Below are positions 25,322-36,984 of a DNA stretch of 64,000 nt, one piece after another. Each line of letters opens with the position of its first letter. Position 1 is the stretch's first letter. The translations under genes and the position numbers were made by a program. The stretch is taken from assembly GCA_009914755.4 (NCBI GenBank), contig CP086569.2, positions 12,992,001 to 13,056,000 on the forward strand. The letters are read 5' to 3'. This DNA is from the human T2T-CHM13v2.0 reference genome, Homo sapiens. The notes beneath the pieces were generated by a model. It was not told the origin of the DNA, searched no databases, and saw only the letters and a program-made list of their open reading frames with translations.

Positions 25322-25672
25322 CTGTATTCATCTGTTTTCATGCTGCTGATAAAGACATAGCTGAGACTGGGCAATTTACAAAAGAAAGAGGTTTAATGGA
25401 CTCACAGTTCCATGTTGCTGGGGAGGCCTGATGGATCATGGCTCATATGATGGCAGACAAGAGAAGAGAATTTGTGTGGGGAAACTCCCCTTTATAAAAT
25501 CATCAGATCTTGTGAGACTTATTCACTATCATGAGACTAGCACGGGAAAGACCCGCCCCTGTGATTCAATTACCTCCCACTGGGTCGTTCCCACAACACG
25601 TGAGAATTGTAGGAGCTACAATTCAAGATGAGATTTTGGTAAAGACACAGCCAAACCATATCAGAGGCTAAA
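25322..25672 (-). mobile_element. MaLR solo LTR (THE1/MST-like), antisense
   Basis: ctgtattcatctgttttcatgctgctgataaagacatagctgagactgggcaatttacaaaagaaagaggtttaatggactcacagttccatgttgctggggaggcc...caattcaagatgagattttggtaaagacacagccaaaccatatca. Confidence 0.75.
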
Positions 25673-26580
25673 TTTGAGCTGTGTCTTCATGTCAGGGTCT
25701 TACTCCACAGTTTGTTTGTCCTCATTCCTTCTGCAAACCCTGGAGGTACTCAGCCATAAGGATGCATCTCGGGGACCCTTCCTTGCTCCAGTTGAGTTCT
25801 GCACATTGTCATTTGCTATGATGATGGGTCCAGCCCCTACAGCAACTCCAGGACACAGGTCCAGACAGCCTTGGGTGCAGAAGATGCCAGAGGCTTGAGA
25901 CTAGATTTAACACAAGTGAAAACATCTGGAAGCATGTCCTGCTTCCCCTTTGAGTTTTGAAGAGCCAAGGAAAATTACTGTCATGCATCTTCAAAGAGGA
26001 TAAATGAAAGTTGGCATGCATGGGCGTATCATTGCATACAAAAATGCAATGCTTCCTCCAGGTCACCAATAGGGAAAGTGAGACATAACCCTATGCATAG
26101 TCTTTCTAGATGGATTGATGGAAACAACATCTGTATTGCATAATGTGTCACTAGATGCAATAAAAATAACCTCAGAAACATCTCTTGGACCATCTCAGAA
26201 TAAAGCACTTGGAAACGCTCAGTGGGCACATGCTTTGATAAGCAATCTAGCTTTCCTTTTAGAAATCTTATAACATCAACCTTACCATCATTTAGAGAGG
26301 AGGACATCTAAAAACGTTGGGCAAATTCTTGGGCTCTGAACTTGATCAGTCCATTGAAGAAACACGCTGACTTAGAGTGTCACTTCCTAGAATTTACAAA
26401 AAAATAATTCTTGCTTTGTTAAACAGCATCACATTCTGCACTTGTACTGTTCTACTATTTTCACATCAACCCATGCATGTCTCTTCCAAACATGACCTCA
26501 CTTGCTTGGGTGTTGGTGGGTCTTTGAACGTCCGTAGCAAATGATTTCAAAATCACTTTCTCACCAAGGATCCTAAGAAT

Positions 26581-26890
26581 CTGGATGAAATTGGAAATCA
26601 TCATTCTCAGTAAACTATCTCAAGAACAAAAAACCAAACACCGCATATTCTCTCTCATAGGTGGGAATTGAACAATGAGAACACATGGACACAGGAAGGG
26701 GAACATCACACTCTGGGGACTGTTGTGGGGTGGGGGGAAGGGGGAGGGATAGCACTAGGAGATATACCTAATGCTAGATGACGAGTTAGTGGGTGCAGCG
26801 CACCAGCATGGCACATGTATACATATGTGACTAATCTGCACATTGTGCACATGTACCCTAAAACTTGAAGTATAATAATAAAAAAAGGGG
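26581..26890 (+). mobile_element. L1PA 3' end fragment
   Basis: ctggatgaaattggaaatcatcattctcagtaaactatctcaagaacaaaaaaccaaacaccgcatattctctctcataggtgggaattgaacaatgagaacacatggacacagg...gggtgcagcgcaccagcatggcacatgtatacat...cctaaaacttgaagtataataataaaaaaa. Confidence 0.9.
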
Positions 26891-27019
26891 GGGAGGCAGT
26901 GAAGAAGAGGAGAAAAAGCATCTGCAATTATCATTCCCCCGCATATAATCACAAAACATACTAATGTGTTTAAGTTGATGTGGGAGTTACCATGCATTTC
27001 CTGATCTTACCTCATTGCA

Positions 27020-28562
27020 AAACATCTTTTCTTTCCTTTCTTCCTTTTCTTTCTTTTTCCTTCCTTCCTGCTGGCTTTTCTTGCTCTTTTTTCTTTCCTC
27101 TTCCTTTTTCCTCTTTCTTCCTTTCCCCTCCCTCTCTTTCTCCCTCTCTCCTTCCTTCTTTCTCTTTTTTCTTTTTCTTTCTTTCTTCTTTTTCTTTTCT
27201 TTCTTTATTTCTTTCCTTTCTTTTTTCTCTCTCTTTCTTTTGCTTTATTTCTATTTTCTTTCCTCTCCTTTGTGCTCTTCCTTCCTTTCCCATCCCTCTC
27301 TTTCTCCCTCTCTGTATCCTTCCTTCCTTCCTTCTCTCTCTTTCTTTCTCTTTATTTCTTTTTTCTTTCCCCTTCCTTTTTGCTCTTTCTTCCTTTCCCC
27401 TCCCTCTCTTTCTCCCTCTCTCTCCTTCCTTCCTTCCTCCCTCCTTCCCCCTTCCCTCCCTCTCTTCTCTTTTCCCTTCACTTCCCTTCTCTTCTCCCTT
27501 CCCTTCTTTTCTCTCCTTCCTTCCCCCCCTTTCTTTCTTTCTCTCTCTTTTCTTTGTGTCTTTCTCTCTCTTTTTTCCTTCTTCTTTCATTCTTCTTCCC
27601 TTTTTCTTTCTTTCTTCCTTTCCCACTTCTCTTTTTCCCCCTCAATTTTCCTTCCCTCCCTTCCTTCTTTCCTTCCTTCCTGCCTTCCTCCCTTCCTGCC
27701 TTCCTCCCTCCCTCTCTTCCTCCCTCCCCCTCCTTCCCTCCATCTCCCTCTCTCCTCCCTTTCTTTTATATTCTTTTTTCTCTTTTCTTCTTTCTTTCTT
27801 TCTTTCATTCTTTCTTGCTTGCTTGCTTGCTTTCTCTCTCTTTCCTTTTCCTTTTTGTTCTTTCTTCCTTTACCTTCCCTTTCTTTCTCTCTCTCTATCC
27901 TTCCTTCCTTCCTCTCTCCTTCACTCTCTTCTCTCTTCTCTTCTCTCCTTCCTTCCTTCCTTTCCTCTTTGTCTTTCTTTTTTCTCTCTTTCTTTTTTTT
28001 CTTTCTTCTTCCTTTTTTCTTCTTTCTGTCTTCCTTTCCCCTCCTTCTCTTTTTCCCTCTCTCAATTTCCCCTCCCTTCCTTTCTTCCTGCCTTCCTGCC
28101 TTCCTTCCTCCCTCCCCCTCCTTCGCTCCTCCCCCTCCTTCCCTCCCTCCCCCTTCCTCCCCCCTTTCTTTTATATTCTTTTATTTTCTCTTTTCTTTCT
28201 TCTTCCTTTTTCTCTCTTTCACTTTCTTTTCTTTCTTCTGTTTCTCTCTTTCTTTCTTCCTTTCCCCTACCTCTCTTTCTCTCCCTCCCTTCTTCCCTCC
28301 CTTCATCCGTCTCTGTCTTTCTCCCTTCCTCTTCCTTCCCTTCTCTTCCCTTCCCCTCCCTCCCTCCCACCCTCCCTCCCTTCCTTCTTTTCCCTCTGTA
28401 TTCCTTTTTCTTCTTTCCTTCCTTTCTTTCTCTTTCTTCCTTTGCCTTTTCTCTTTTATTCTTTCTCCCTTTCTGCCTTTCTCGTGTACCTCCCTCCCTT
28501 CGTTTCCCCTTTCTTTCTTATTTCCTTCCTTGCTTGCTTTCTGCCTTCCTTTTTTTTTTTCC
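27020..28562 (+). repeat. Giant polypyrimidine (CT-rich: TTCC/TCTC/CTTT/CCCT) low-complexity tract, about 1.54 kb
   Basis: About 1540 bp almost exclusively C/T on the + strand, with rare g/a interruptions. The 434-534 aa ORFs and the antisense K/E/R/G-rich ORFs are artefacts. Confidence 0.95.
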
Positions 28563-28659
28563 AGAGCCCCTGTTAGTATCTTGAAGAACCAGACCCTTGC
28601 AGAATAGCCTGGGAGAAATGTTGCTGTACCATTAATGTCTCCCATGTTTTTTACTACAG

Positions 28660-29760
28660 TCTTCATGAATTCCACAGTAAACTCCAATTTCAAACTTCCT
28701 CTTGAGTTTTCGATCCACCTAGTGACTGTCCTGCATGCTCAACACAAAGATCATATGACACTGCATTATCTCAACCCTCCAGATTATCCATTCCCAGGAT
28801 CTCCTATTTCTCAAAATTTTTACCTGAAGCTTTCATCTCTCTTTCTCTAACATAATAATCTCTCTATTTTATTTTCTCTTTCCCACCAGAAGCCAATCAC
28901 CTACTTTGATTGAATAATTATTATGAACTGAATTAAACCCTTTTGCTCCAAATTCATGGGTTTCAGCAGTATAAATCCTCATGTGAGATTATGTGAAGAC
29001 AAAGCCTTCAGGGAGGTGATTGGGTTTAGGTAAAATCATAAGAGAGGGGTGTTAATCTGATATGGCTGGTGAATTTATAAGAAGAGGAAAACATTTCAGA
29101 GTTCTCCATCTGCACAAACACAGAAGGACAAACTGTGAAGACATGGTGAGAAGACAACATCTACAAGTCAATGAGGGAGGCCTCAGGAAGAACCAGCCTT
29201 GCCCACACCTTGATCTCAGATGTCCAGCTTCCTGGACTGTAGAAGAGTAAATGTCTGTTGTTTAAGCCTCCCTGTCTATGGCATTCTGTGATAGCAGTCT
29301 TATAAGGAGAGGAGATGAGGACACAGACACAGGCACAGAGACAACCATGTAATGACACAGGGAAAAGATGATGTCTACAAAGTAAGGGGAGAGGCCTCAG
29401 GAGGAACCTTCCCTGCCTACACCTTGATCTTGGATGTTCAGCTTCAAGGATTGTGGGAGAATCAATATCTATTATTTCTAAGCCACCCAGTCTATGGTAT
29501 TCTGTTATAGTATCCTGAAATACACTAAGATATCTCATTAGAAGATAAGATGAGGACACAGACACACACAGAGGGATGACCCTGTGAGGATACAACCCTG
29601 TGAGGACACAAGGAGAAGGTGGCATCTACAAGCCAAGGAGCAGGTCTCAGGAGAAACCAGCCCTGGGTACACCTTGATCTTAGACTTCCAGCTTCAAGGA
29701 CTGTGGGAGAATCAGTGTCTGTTGTTTGAGCCATCGGGTCTGTAGGACTTTGTTACGATA
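28660..29760 (+). mobile_element. MaLR-type (MLT1-like) LTR copy A, with a tandem triplication of its 3' roughly 230 bp (29100-29760)
   Basis: Shares about 640 bp of co-linear homology (roughly 88 percent identity) with 31005-31640. Contains ...ggaggtgattgggtttaggtaaaatcataagagagg... and ...ctgtagaagagtaaatgtctgttgtttaagcctccctgtctatggcattctgtgatagcag.... The last roughly 230 bp segment recurs three times in tandem. Confidence 0.6.
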
Positions 29761-30478
29761 GCCCTAATGGATGGATATGCTGTTCTTTAAGCCTGTGGCC
29801 ATCACCATTCCTCTCCTCTGTCACCACCCTCAACCAGGCCTTCATCAACTGCAGCACAGCTCATAAATAGTTCCGAAAAGATTCTTCTGAGCTTTCCATG
29901 GGCTCACTGCCCATGGAAATTGAGCTGATTGAGCTTCAGAGTTTTTTTTTATGTTCAATTATATGCAAGTTATGTGGGATTCCACTCTATGGTGCAGAAG
30001 TGGAATAAAGATGACTCTTTTAATCAGTTTCATTTCCTTCTAAAGTTGTGGTTGCTGTTCATTTTTTTTTCTTTAAACATTCTTTGAACAATTTACCACC
30101 CTTTTGCCAAAGCTTTCATCATTTTCCATTTCTCCCTAGACTCCTATCTTCTCCAGATCTGAGTTCACCATAGCCTGCATCTCAGCTGCAAGTCTACAAG
30201 CCGGCTCTTCTTGGAATTGAGGTCTAAGAACACTGGAGATTTTTCGGAGTCCATGGAAGTATTAAAAAATGCAACTCAAGTGCATTCATGGCTTGGTCTT
30301 GCTAGATGAGGTGACTTATTCTACAGTAACAGAAACATACTATCTAAACTAGAGTTTTAGTTTCTCAGTCGTTTAATGTGTATCTCATGTCTAGAGCTGT
30401 TCAAAGTACAGATGCTCCTCAACTTTAACAATAGGGCTACACCCCATAAACCCATTATAAGTTGAAAATAGTGTAAGT

Positions 30479-30797
30479 CTAGGCTGCACACAGTGGCTCG
30501 TGACTGAAGTCCAGGAACTTTGGAAGGCAGAGATGGGAGAATCACTTGAGCCCAGAAGTTAGAGACCAGACTGTGCAACATACTGAGACTCTGTCTCTGC
30601 AAAAGAAAAAAAAAATGAACTGGGCATAGCGGTACACACCTGTAGTCCAACTTGGGAGGCTGAGGCAGAAGGATCACTTGAGTACCGGAGGTTGAGGCTG
30701 CAGTGAGCTATGACTGTACCGCTGTCCTCCAGCCTGGGGAACAGAGTGAGACACTGTCTCAAAAAAAAAAAAAAAAGAAAGAAAGAAAAGAAAAAAC
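30479..30797 (+). mobile_element. Alu element with an A/(GAAA)-rich tail
   Basis: aggctgcacacagtggctcgtgactgaagtccaggaactttggaaggcagagatgggagaatcacttgag...ccagcctggggaacagagtgagacactgtctcaaaaaaaaaaaaaaaagaaagaaagaaaag. Confidence 0.9.
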
Positions 30798-31004
30798 TCA
30801 AATTGTAAGTCTAAAATGCATTTAATACACCTACCCTAATGAATCCTGATACAAAGATTCTATTAAGCTGTTTATTTGGGTGGGGAGCAAGGAAGAACAA
30901 ACAGAAATTGGAGAAATGAGCTAGAGAGTGGAGAAAGTCCTTGGTCATCTTTACCAAGCAGGTGACCACCATGGATAACCAGGGTGAAGTCCCTGGCTGA
31001 AGTA

Positions 31005-31640
31005 AGCTCCAATTTCAAACTTCCTCTTGAGTATTTCAAACCACCTAGCCACTGTCCTGCAGTCTCAACACAAAGATCATGTGATACTGCATCATCTCAA
31101 CTCTCCAAATTATCCATTCCCAGGCTCTCCTATTTCTCAAAAATTTTACATGAAGCTCTTATGTCTCTTTCTCTAATTTAATACTCTCTACATTTTTATT
31201 CCCTCTTTCCCACCAGAAGCCAATCATCTACTTTGGTTGAATAATTACTATGAGCTGAATTATGCCCTTTTGCCCAAAATTCATGGGTTTAAGCCAGAAA
31301 ACCCCATGTGAGATTATGTGAAAACAGAGCCTTTAGGAGGTGATTGTGTTTAGGTAAAATCATAAGAGAGGAGTCTTAATCTTTATAAGAAGAGTAACCA
31401 TTTCAGAGTTCTCCCTCTGCACACACACAGAGGGACAACCACCTGAGGATACAGGGAGAAGATAGTGACTACAATCTACAAGCCAAGCAGAGAAGCCTCA
31501 AGAGGAAGCAGCCCTGCCCACACCTTAATCTCAGACTTATAGCCTCCGTGACCCTGAGAGAATCAATATCTGTTGTTTACAAGCCACTCAGTCTATGGTA
31601 TTCTGTGATAGCAGACTGAAATGGACTAAGACACTTCATA
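31005..31640 (+). mobile_element. MaLR-type (MLT1-like) LTR copy B
   Basis: gtaagctccaatttcaaacttcctcttgagtatttc...ggaggtgattgtgtttaggtaaaatcataagagagg...gagaatcaatatctgttgtttacaagccactcagtctatggtattctgtgatagcagactgaaatggactaagaca. Confidence 0.65.
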
Positions 31641-32612
31641 AAAAGAGATCAGGATGCATAAGGATTCATAAGAAGAGATCAGCTTTTCCAAAGCTGCAAG
31701 CTTTGGAAAGAGAACAGAATACTCTTTCCAGCTGTGGGATGGGTGAATGAGAGTACTTGCCCTTCAACACTCATTAGTCCTTAGCTGAGGGCAGTTCTTT
31801 GTGGGACCTCCTAGATTCTCGGCACTCTGGCTTGACTAACACATGTCCAACTATCAGGCTCCCCTGGTCACATAAAGACCTCAAGCAAAGGAGCACAGGG
31901 GCACCCTGTTGGAAGCATTAGGGTCAGCGTGTGCTATAATATAATGCAGGAAGGATGTGACATTACAGATCAGTGAGCAAATGAGGAACTATTCAATAAA
32001 TAGAGCTGAGGCAATTGGTTTTCCATATGGAAAAAAATGAAAGCAATATGAACCCTCCCTCCACTACACATATACATATTTCCAGATGGATTAAAGTTAA
32101 ACCTCTAGAAAGAAATATAGGAAAAATATCTCTCTCATCTTGGAGTCCAAAAGCATTCTTTCTTAAAGACACAAAAATATTAACTGTTGAAGGAAATGCC
32201 ATGCTAACAACTTACCCATAAGAACTTTTGTTTTTCAAAAGACTCCATAAATAAAATGAAAAGGAAATGCCAATATAGGAGAAAAACTGCACAAAGCCTT
32301 CAGAAAAGAAGATATCAAATGATTTATATCCAGACATATACAAACCTTGAGATACATAGAAAAGATACAACTTCTTAGAAAACTCAGAAAGTCAAAGAGG
32401 AGGTATTACACGCAAGTGACCTCAAAATGTTGGAAATGATGCTTGATTTTGTTAATTCAGGGAAAGATAAAACCACAATGTGATAAATATCTTATCCATT
32501 TAATTAGCAAAAGTTTCAATTTTCTGAAAATTCAAGCATTGAAGAGAATCTAGCTCAACAGAGAGTACTTAGATAATGATATTGGCTGTGCAAATTAATA
32601 CTAACTCTGGAA

Positions 32613-32915
<303 letters not shown>

Positions 32916-33288
32916 TGAAAACTATTTTTACATCATCTCTCAGCTACATTCACATGCCTATGCTTCAGCACTTCTTCCCCTGACTGGATATCATAGGTAA
33001 ACACTTGCAGTCATGCCTCCAAACACACGTATTATATGGTGTCCTTGTTGGTAAATAGTCACCCCTGGAAGGGATCCAAATACCCATGGACAGGAAAATG
33101 TACAAATATAATGTGGTCCACTCATTCAATGGGGTATTTTGTAGCCAAAAAAAAAAAATGAAGAAAAAGAATGAAATACAGACACATGCAACAATATGAA
33201 TAAATGTAAGCAAAAGAAACTGGAGTGAAAAAGGACATCCACAAAACTATTACCAAGTATAACACTATTTTTGTTGTTTTCTGTTTTG

Positions 33289-34092
33289 GTTTCTTGTATA
33301 ATTTATTATTTTATTTTATTTTATTTTAAGTTCTGGAGTACATGTGCAGGGATGTGAACGTTTGTTACATAGGTAAATGGGTGCCATAGTGGTCTGCTTC
33401 ACCTGTCAACCCATCACCTAGGTATTAAGCCCAGAATGCCTTTTTGTATAAATTTAAGGGGTGTAATTTTGTTACATCGACATATTCCATAGTGATAAAG
33501 TATTGGCTTTTTGTGTGACCATCACCCAAATAACTTACATTGTACCCATCAAGAGCTTTCTCATCCCTCACACCCCTCCCACCCTTCCAAGTCCCCAACG
33601 ACTATTATTCCACACACTGTCCATGTGCACACATTATTTGGCTCCCACTTATAAATGAAAACATGAAGTATTTGGCTTTCTGTTTCTGTGTTGTTTCACC
33701 CAAGACACAAGTATGGCCCCTAGTTCCATCTGATGCTGTAAAAGACATTATTTTATTCTTTTTTATGACTAAGTACTATTCAATTGTATATATATATATG
33801 TGTGTGTATATATTATGTGTGTATATATGTATATATACATATACATGTATACATATATGTGTGCATATATAGGTATATATACATATAAATGTATACATAT
33901 ATGTGTGTGTATATACATACCACATTTTCTTTATCCAATCATTCACGCTAAAGTTGATTCCATGTCTTTGCTATTGTGAATATGCTGTAATAAACATGTG
34001 AATGCTCAGTGTCTTTTTGATATGATGATTTCTTTCCCTTTGGGAAAACACCCAGTACTGGGATTGCTGGGTGGAATGGTAGTTCTGTGATA
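33289..34092 (-). mobile_element. L1 3' fragment (antisense; ORF2 C-terminus + 3'UTR) carrying an internal (TA/TG)n expansion at about 33781-33925
   Basis: tttattattttattttattttattttaagttctggagtacatgtgcagggatgtgaacgtttgttacataggtaaatgggtgccatagtgg...cccacttataaatgaaaacatgaagtatttggctttctg...ccacattttctttatccaatcattcacgctaaagttgattccatgtctttgctattgtgaatatgctgtaataaacatg. Confidence 0.8.
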
Positions 34093-34460
34093 CCATTTTT
34101 TAAAGTGTCAAATGAAGCAAATTCTATATTACCTATTAAGAATATAGATGTATGTCTAATTTAAAATCAAATATGTGTATCTACACAAATACACACACAG
34201 TTTAGACTTATTAGAATATATAGTAACATAATTTTTAAAATAAGGAAATGATAAAATCTAAATTCAGGATAGTGGTGAATGCCAGGTAGAAACAGAGAAT
34301 AAGGGATGAAGCAGAGAAAAAAAAAACAGATAAATACAAGATATTGTTAATAACATAATTCTCATGCTGAACAGTAGGTATTTTACAGTTCATTATATTA
34401 TTATGCCTGACATACTTCATATTTTGTATATGGCAAATACTGCATTTAAAATAGAACAAA

Positions 34461-35169
34461 CGCTGGGCATAGTGATTCATGCCTGTAATCCTAGCACTTT
34501 GGGAGGCCAAGGCAGGAGGACCATGTGAAGTCAGAAGTTCAAGGCCAGCAGGGGTAACATGGCAAGACCTAATCTCTACAAAAAATTTTTTTAAAAAAGC
34601 CAGGCATGGTGGCACAAGTTTTGTATTGGCCCATTCTTACATTGCTATAAAGAAATACCTGAGACTGGATAATTTCTAAGAAAAGAGGTTTAACTGGTTT
34701 GCGGTTCTGCAGGCTGTACAGGCAGCACAGTGGCTTCTGCTTCTGGGGAGGCCTCAGGAAACTTACAATCATGGTGGAAGGAAAGGGGAAGCAGGCGTCT
34801 CAAATGACAGAAGCAGGAGCAAGAGCGGGGTGGGAGGTGCTACACACTTTCAAACAACCAGATCTCGTGAGAACTCACCATAACACAAACAGCACTAGGG
34901 GGATGGTGCTAACCCGTTCATGAGAAACCGCCCCTATGATCCAATCACCTCCCACCAGGCTCCACCTCCAACACTGGGAATTACAGTTCAGCATGAGATT
35001 TGGGCAGGAACACACATCCAAACTAGATCACACTTGTAGCCCCAGCTACTCAGAAGGCTGAGGCAGGAGGATTGCTTGAGCCCAGGAGTTCAAGGCTACA
35101 GTGAGCTATGGTTGTGCCACTGCACTCCAGTCTGGATAACAGAGCAAGACCTTATTTCTTAAAAAGAAA
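34461..35169 (+). mobile_element. Alu element split into two parts (34461-34620 and 35031-35169) by a nested MaLR LTR insertion
   Basis: Part 1 is cgctgggcatagtgattcatgcctgtaatcctagcactttgggagg...aaaaaagccaggcatggtggcacaagtt. Part 2 is cacttgtagccccagctactcagaaggctgaggcaggaggattgcttgagcccaggagttcaaggctacagtgagctatgg...cactccagtctggataacagagcaagacc. Confidence 0.8.
34621..35030 (-). mobile_element. MaLR LTR (THE1/MST-like) nested inside an Alu
   Basis: ttgtattggcccattcttacattgctataaagaaatacctgagactggataatttctaagaaaagaggtttaactggtttgcggttctgcaggctgtacagg...gggaattacagttcagcatgagatttgggcaggaacacacatccaaactagatca. Confidence 0.75.
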
Positions 35170-35876
35170 ATTAAATAGATAAATTAATTAAATAGAAGAA
35201 ACTGTTCTTTACAAATGTAAATAGCAATAGCATTCTTGCAAACTTTTAATCTGTTATATGTATGCATCTTGTGAGGTCTAATTATGTTGAAGAAGTGCTG
35301 CCCAAATCACAGAGTACCCAGAAAATTGTCCTTCTATTACCATTCTGTTTGTTCCCGTTCAATGCTCAATATGAGAGTGTGAGTTGAATATTTCTGTAAA
35401 ACAATACATTTTCTTACTAATAAACTTTTGATTTTTTAAGGATAAATATGATGAGACATAACATATTTGAAGTTTCTCATCTACGTAGAAAATGATGGCT
35501 GGAAAAAAATGAAAACAAAGTAAAATGTCTTTGCTCATGAAAAACTTTAGAAAGAGTTGTTATATATCAAGAGCGCTGTCAGCTTCAAATCACCTTTAGA
35601 GAGAATGGAGGGCATGGCCTTAAGAAAAACCTGCCAAAATATCTGACGCAATTCACCAGGAAACATTCACATGAATTTGTAGTCGGGTTTGCCATTTACT
35701 GTAATACTACCAGCTTCCTATTTACATTCTGAAATGGATTGCGATAGACACATGAAGGGCCTTTACAAGAGCTTGTCAATTTCTATTTCTTTCATTGTGT
35801 CTGCCTTCTAATATTCATGAAACCTAACCCACATTGTATTTTTCTATGTTTCTATTGTATTTAATAATAAAAATAT

Positions 35877-36165
35877 AAGCCAAGTGCAGTGGCTCACACC
35901 TATAATTCCAGCACTTTCGGAGGCTGAGGTGGGAGGACTACCTAAGCCTCAGAGTTCGAGACCAGACTTGGCTACATAGGGAGACCTTGCCTCTGCCAAA
36001 AATTTTAAAAGATAGCTCAGCATGGTGGCACATGCCTGTGATCCCACCTAGGTTGAGGTGGGAAAATCGCTTGAGCCTGACAGTTTGAGGCTGCAGTGAG
36101 CTATGATCGTACCACTGCACTCAGCTTGGGTGACAGAGTGAAACCTTGTCTCAAAAATAATAATA
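35877..36165 (+). mobile_element. Alu element
   Basis: aagccaagtgcagtggctcacacctataattccagcactttcggaggctgaggtgggagg...ccactgcactcagcttgggtgacagagtgaaaccttgtctcaaaaataataataat. Confidence 0.9.
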
Positions 36166-36984
36166 ATGGCAACATGAACTAATAATAAAACACACATTTA
36201 AAGAAAAATAACAAAAATGTAAGCACTGATTCATTTTCTATACTTTATAATATGGCTTCAGAGCTGATCTGGTACAGATACTAGCTTACCCTGGGATGCT
36301 TTAGAGAGGAAAACTATAAAGGGGTTTGAACTGAATTTCAAAAGAGAAATTTAGAAATGAAGAGGAAGAATATCTGGGAGCAAAGAGAGAAGACATGCAT
36401 AAGTTACAACTGAATACATGACTTTGGAATTCAGAGTTGGTTATGAACAAGGTGTCATGAGATGACTGGGGGAAATGGCTTGCTTTAAGTAGGGGACAGC
36501 AGAAGGAATGGGGGAATTTGTAAGCCAGATGTAGCAGTTCCCATATGGCAAATCAGAATGTAGGGAGACACGAGAGACTCCAGTTATGGGGTAGCAGGAG
36601 AGAAAGCAGTGTGTGAGGTGGACTGTGCGAGCGGCAGATTGGACTTGGGAGTGGTTGAGTTCTCTTCAAAGCAGGCTCTGAGGTGGAATTTAGTTCACCA
36701 GATGCTTATTACAAATGCTGATTATTGGAAAGGAGAATTGCATTTGACATGAGGCTGTGTGGTCCAGAAAAATGTCTTTCTTTCTTGAGTGATGGCTTAT
36801 GCACTATGCCTGAGCCACAATAAATTTTACCTCCTGCATTTTTCTTCCAAGAAGTCAGGCAGCTCATTAGCTGCCAAAAAGGAAGGTTTTGTCCCATTCT
36901 GACTTCTCTGGTTAGTGGAGAGAACACTTGCAAATTTCCAAATTGTCCCTTTGAAACTTTCTAGGAGTGTCACATTGATTATAG

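Noticed and set aside
26980-28607. Very long ORFs of 434-534 aa on the + strand, and 76-204-aa K/E/R/G-rich ORFs on the - strand (27012..27626, 28181..28693 and others)
   Set aside because: Same artefact over the 1.5-kb CT tract and its GA-rich complement. The lysine/glutamate-rich pseudo-proteins are AAG/GAA/GGA codon runs, not histone-like or coiled-coil genes.
29161-29625. 154-aa minus-strand ORF
   Set aside because: It runs through the triplicated MaLR LTR segment. The repeated peptide blocks (…RCRQGRFLLRPLP… / …RSRCTQGWFLLRPAP…) reflect the DNA tandem repeat, not a protein with internal repeats.
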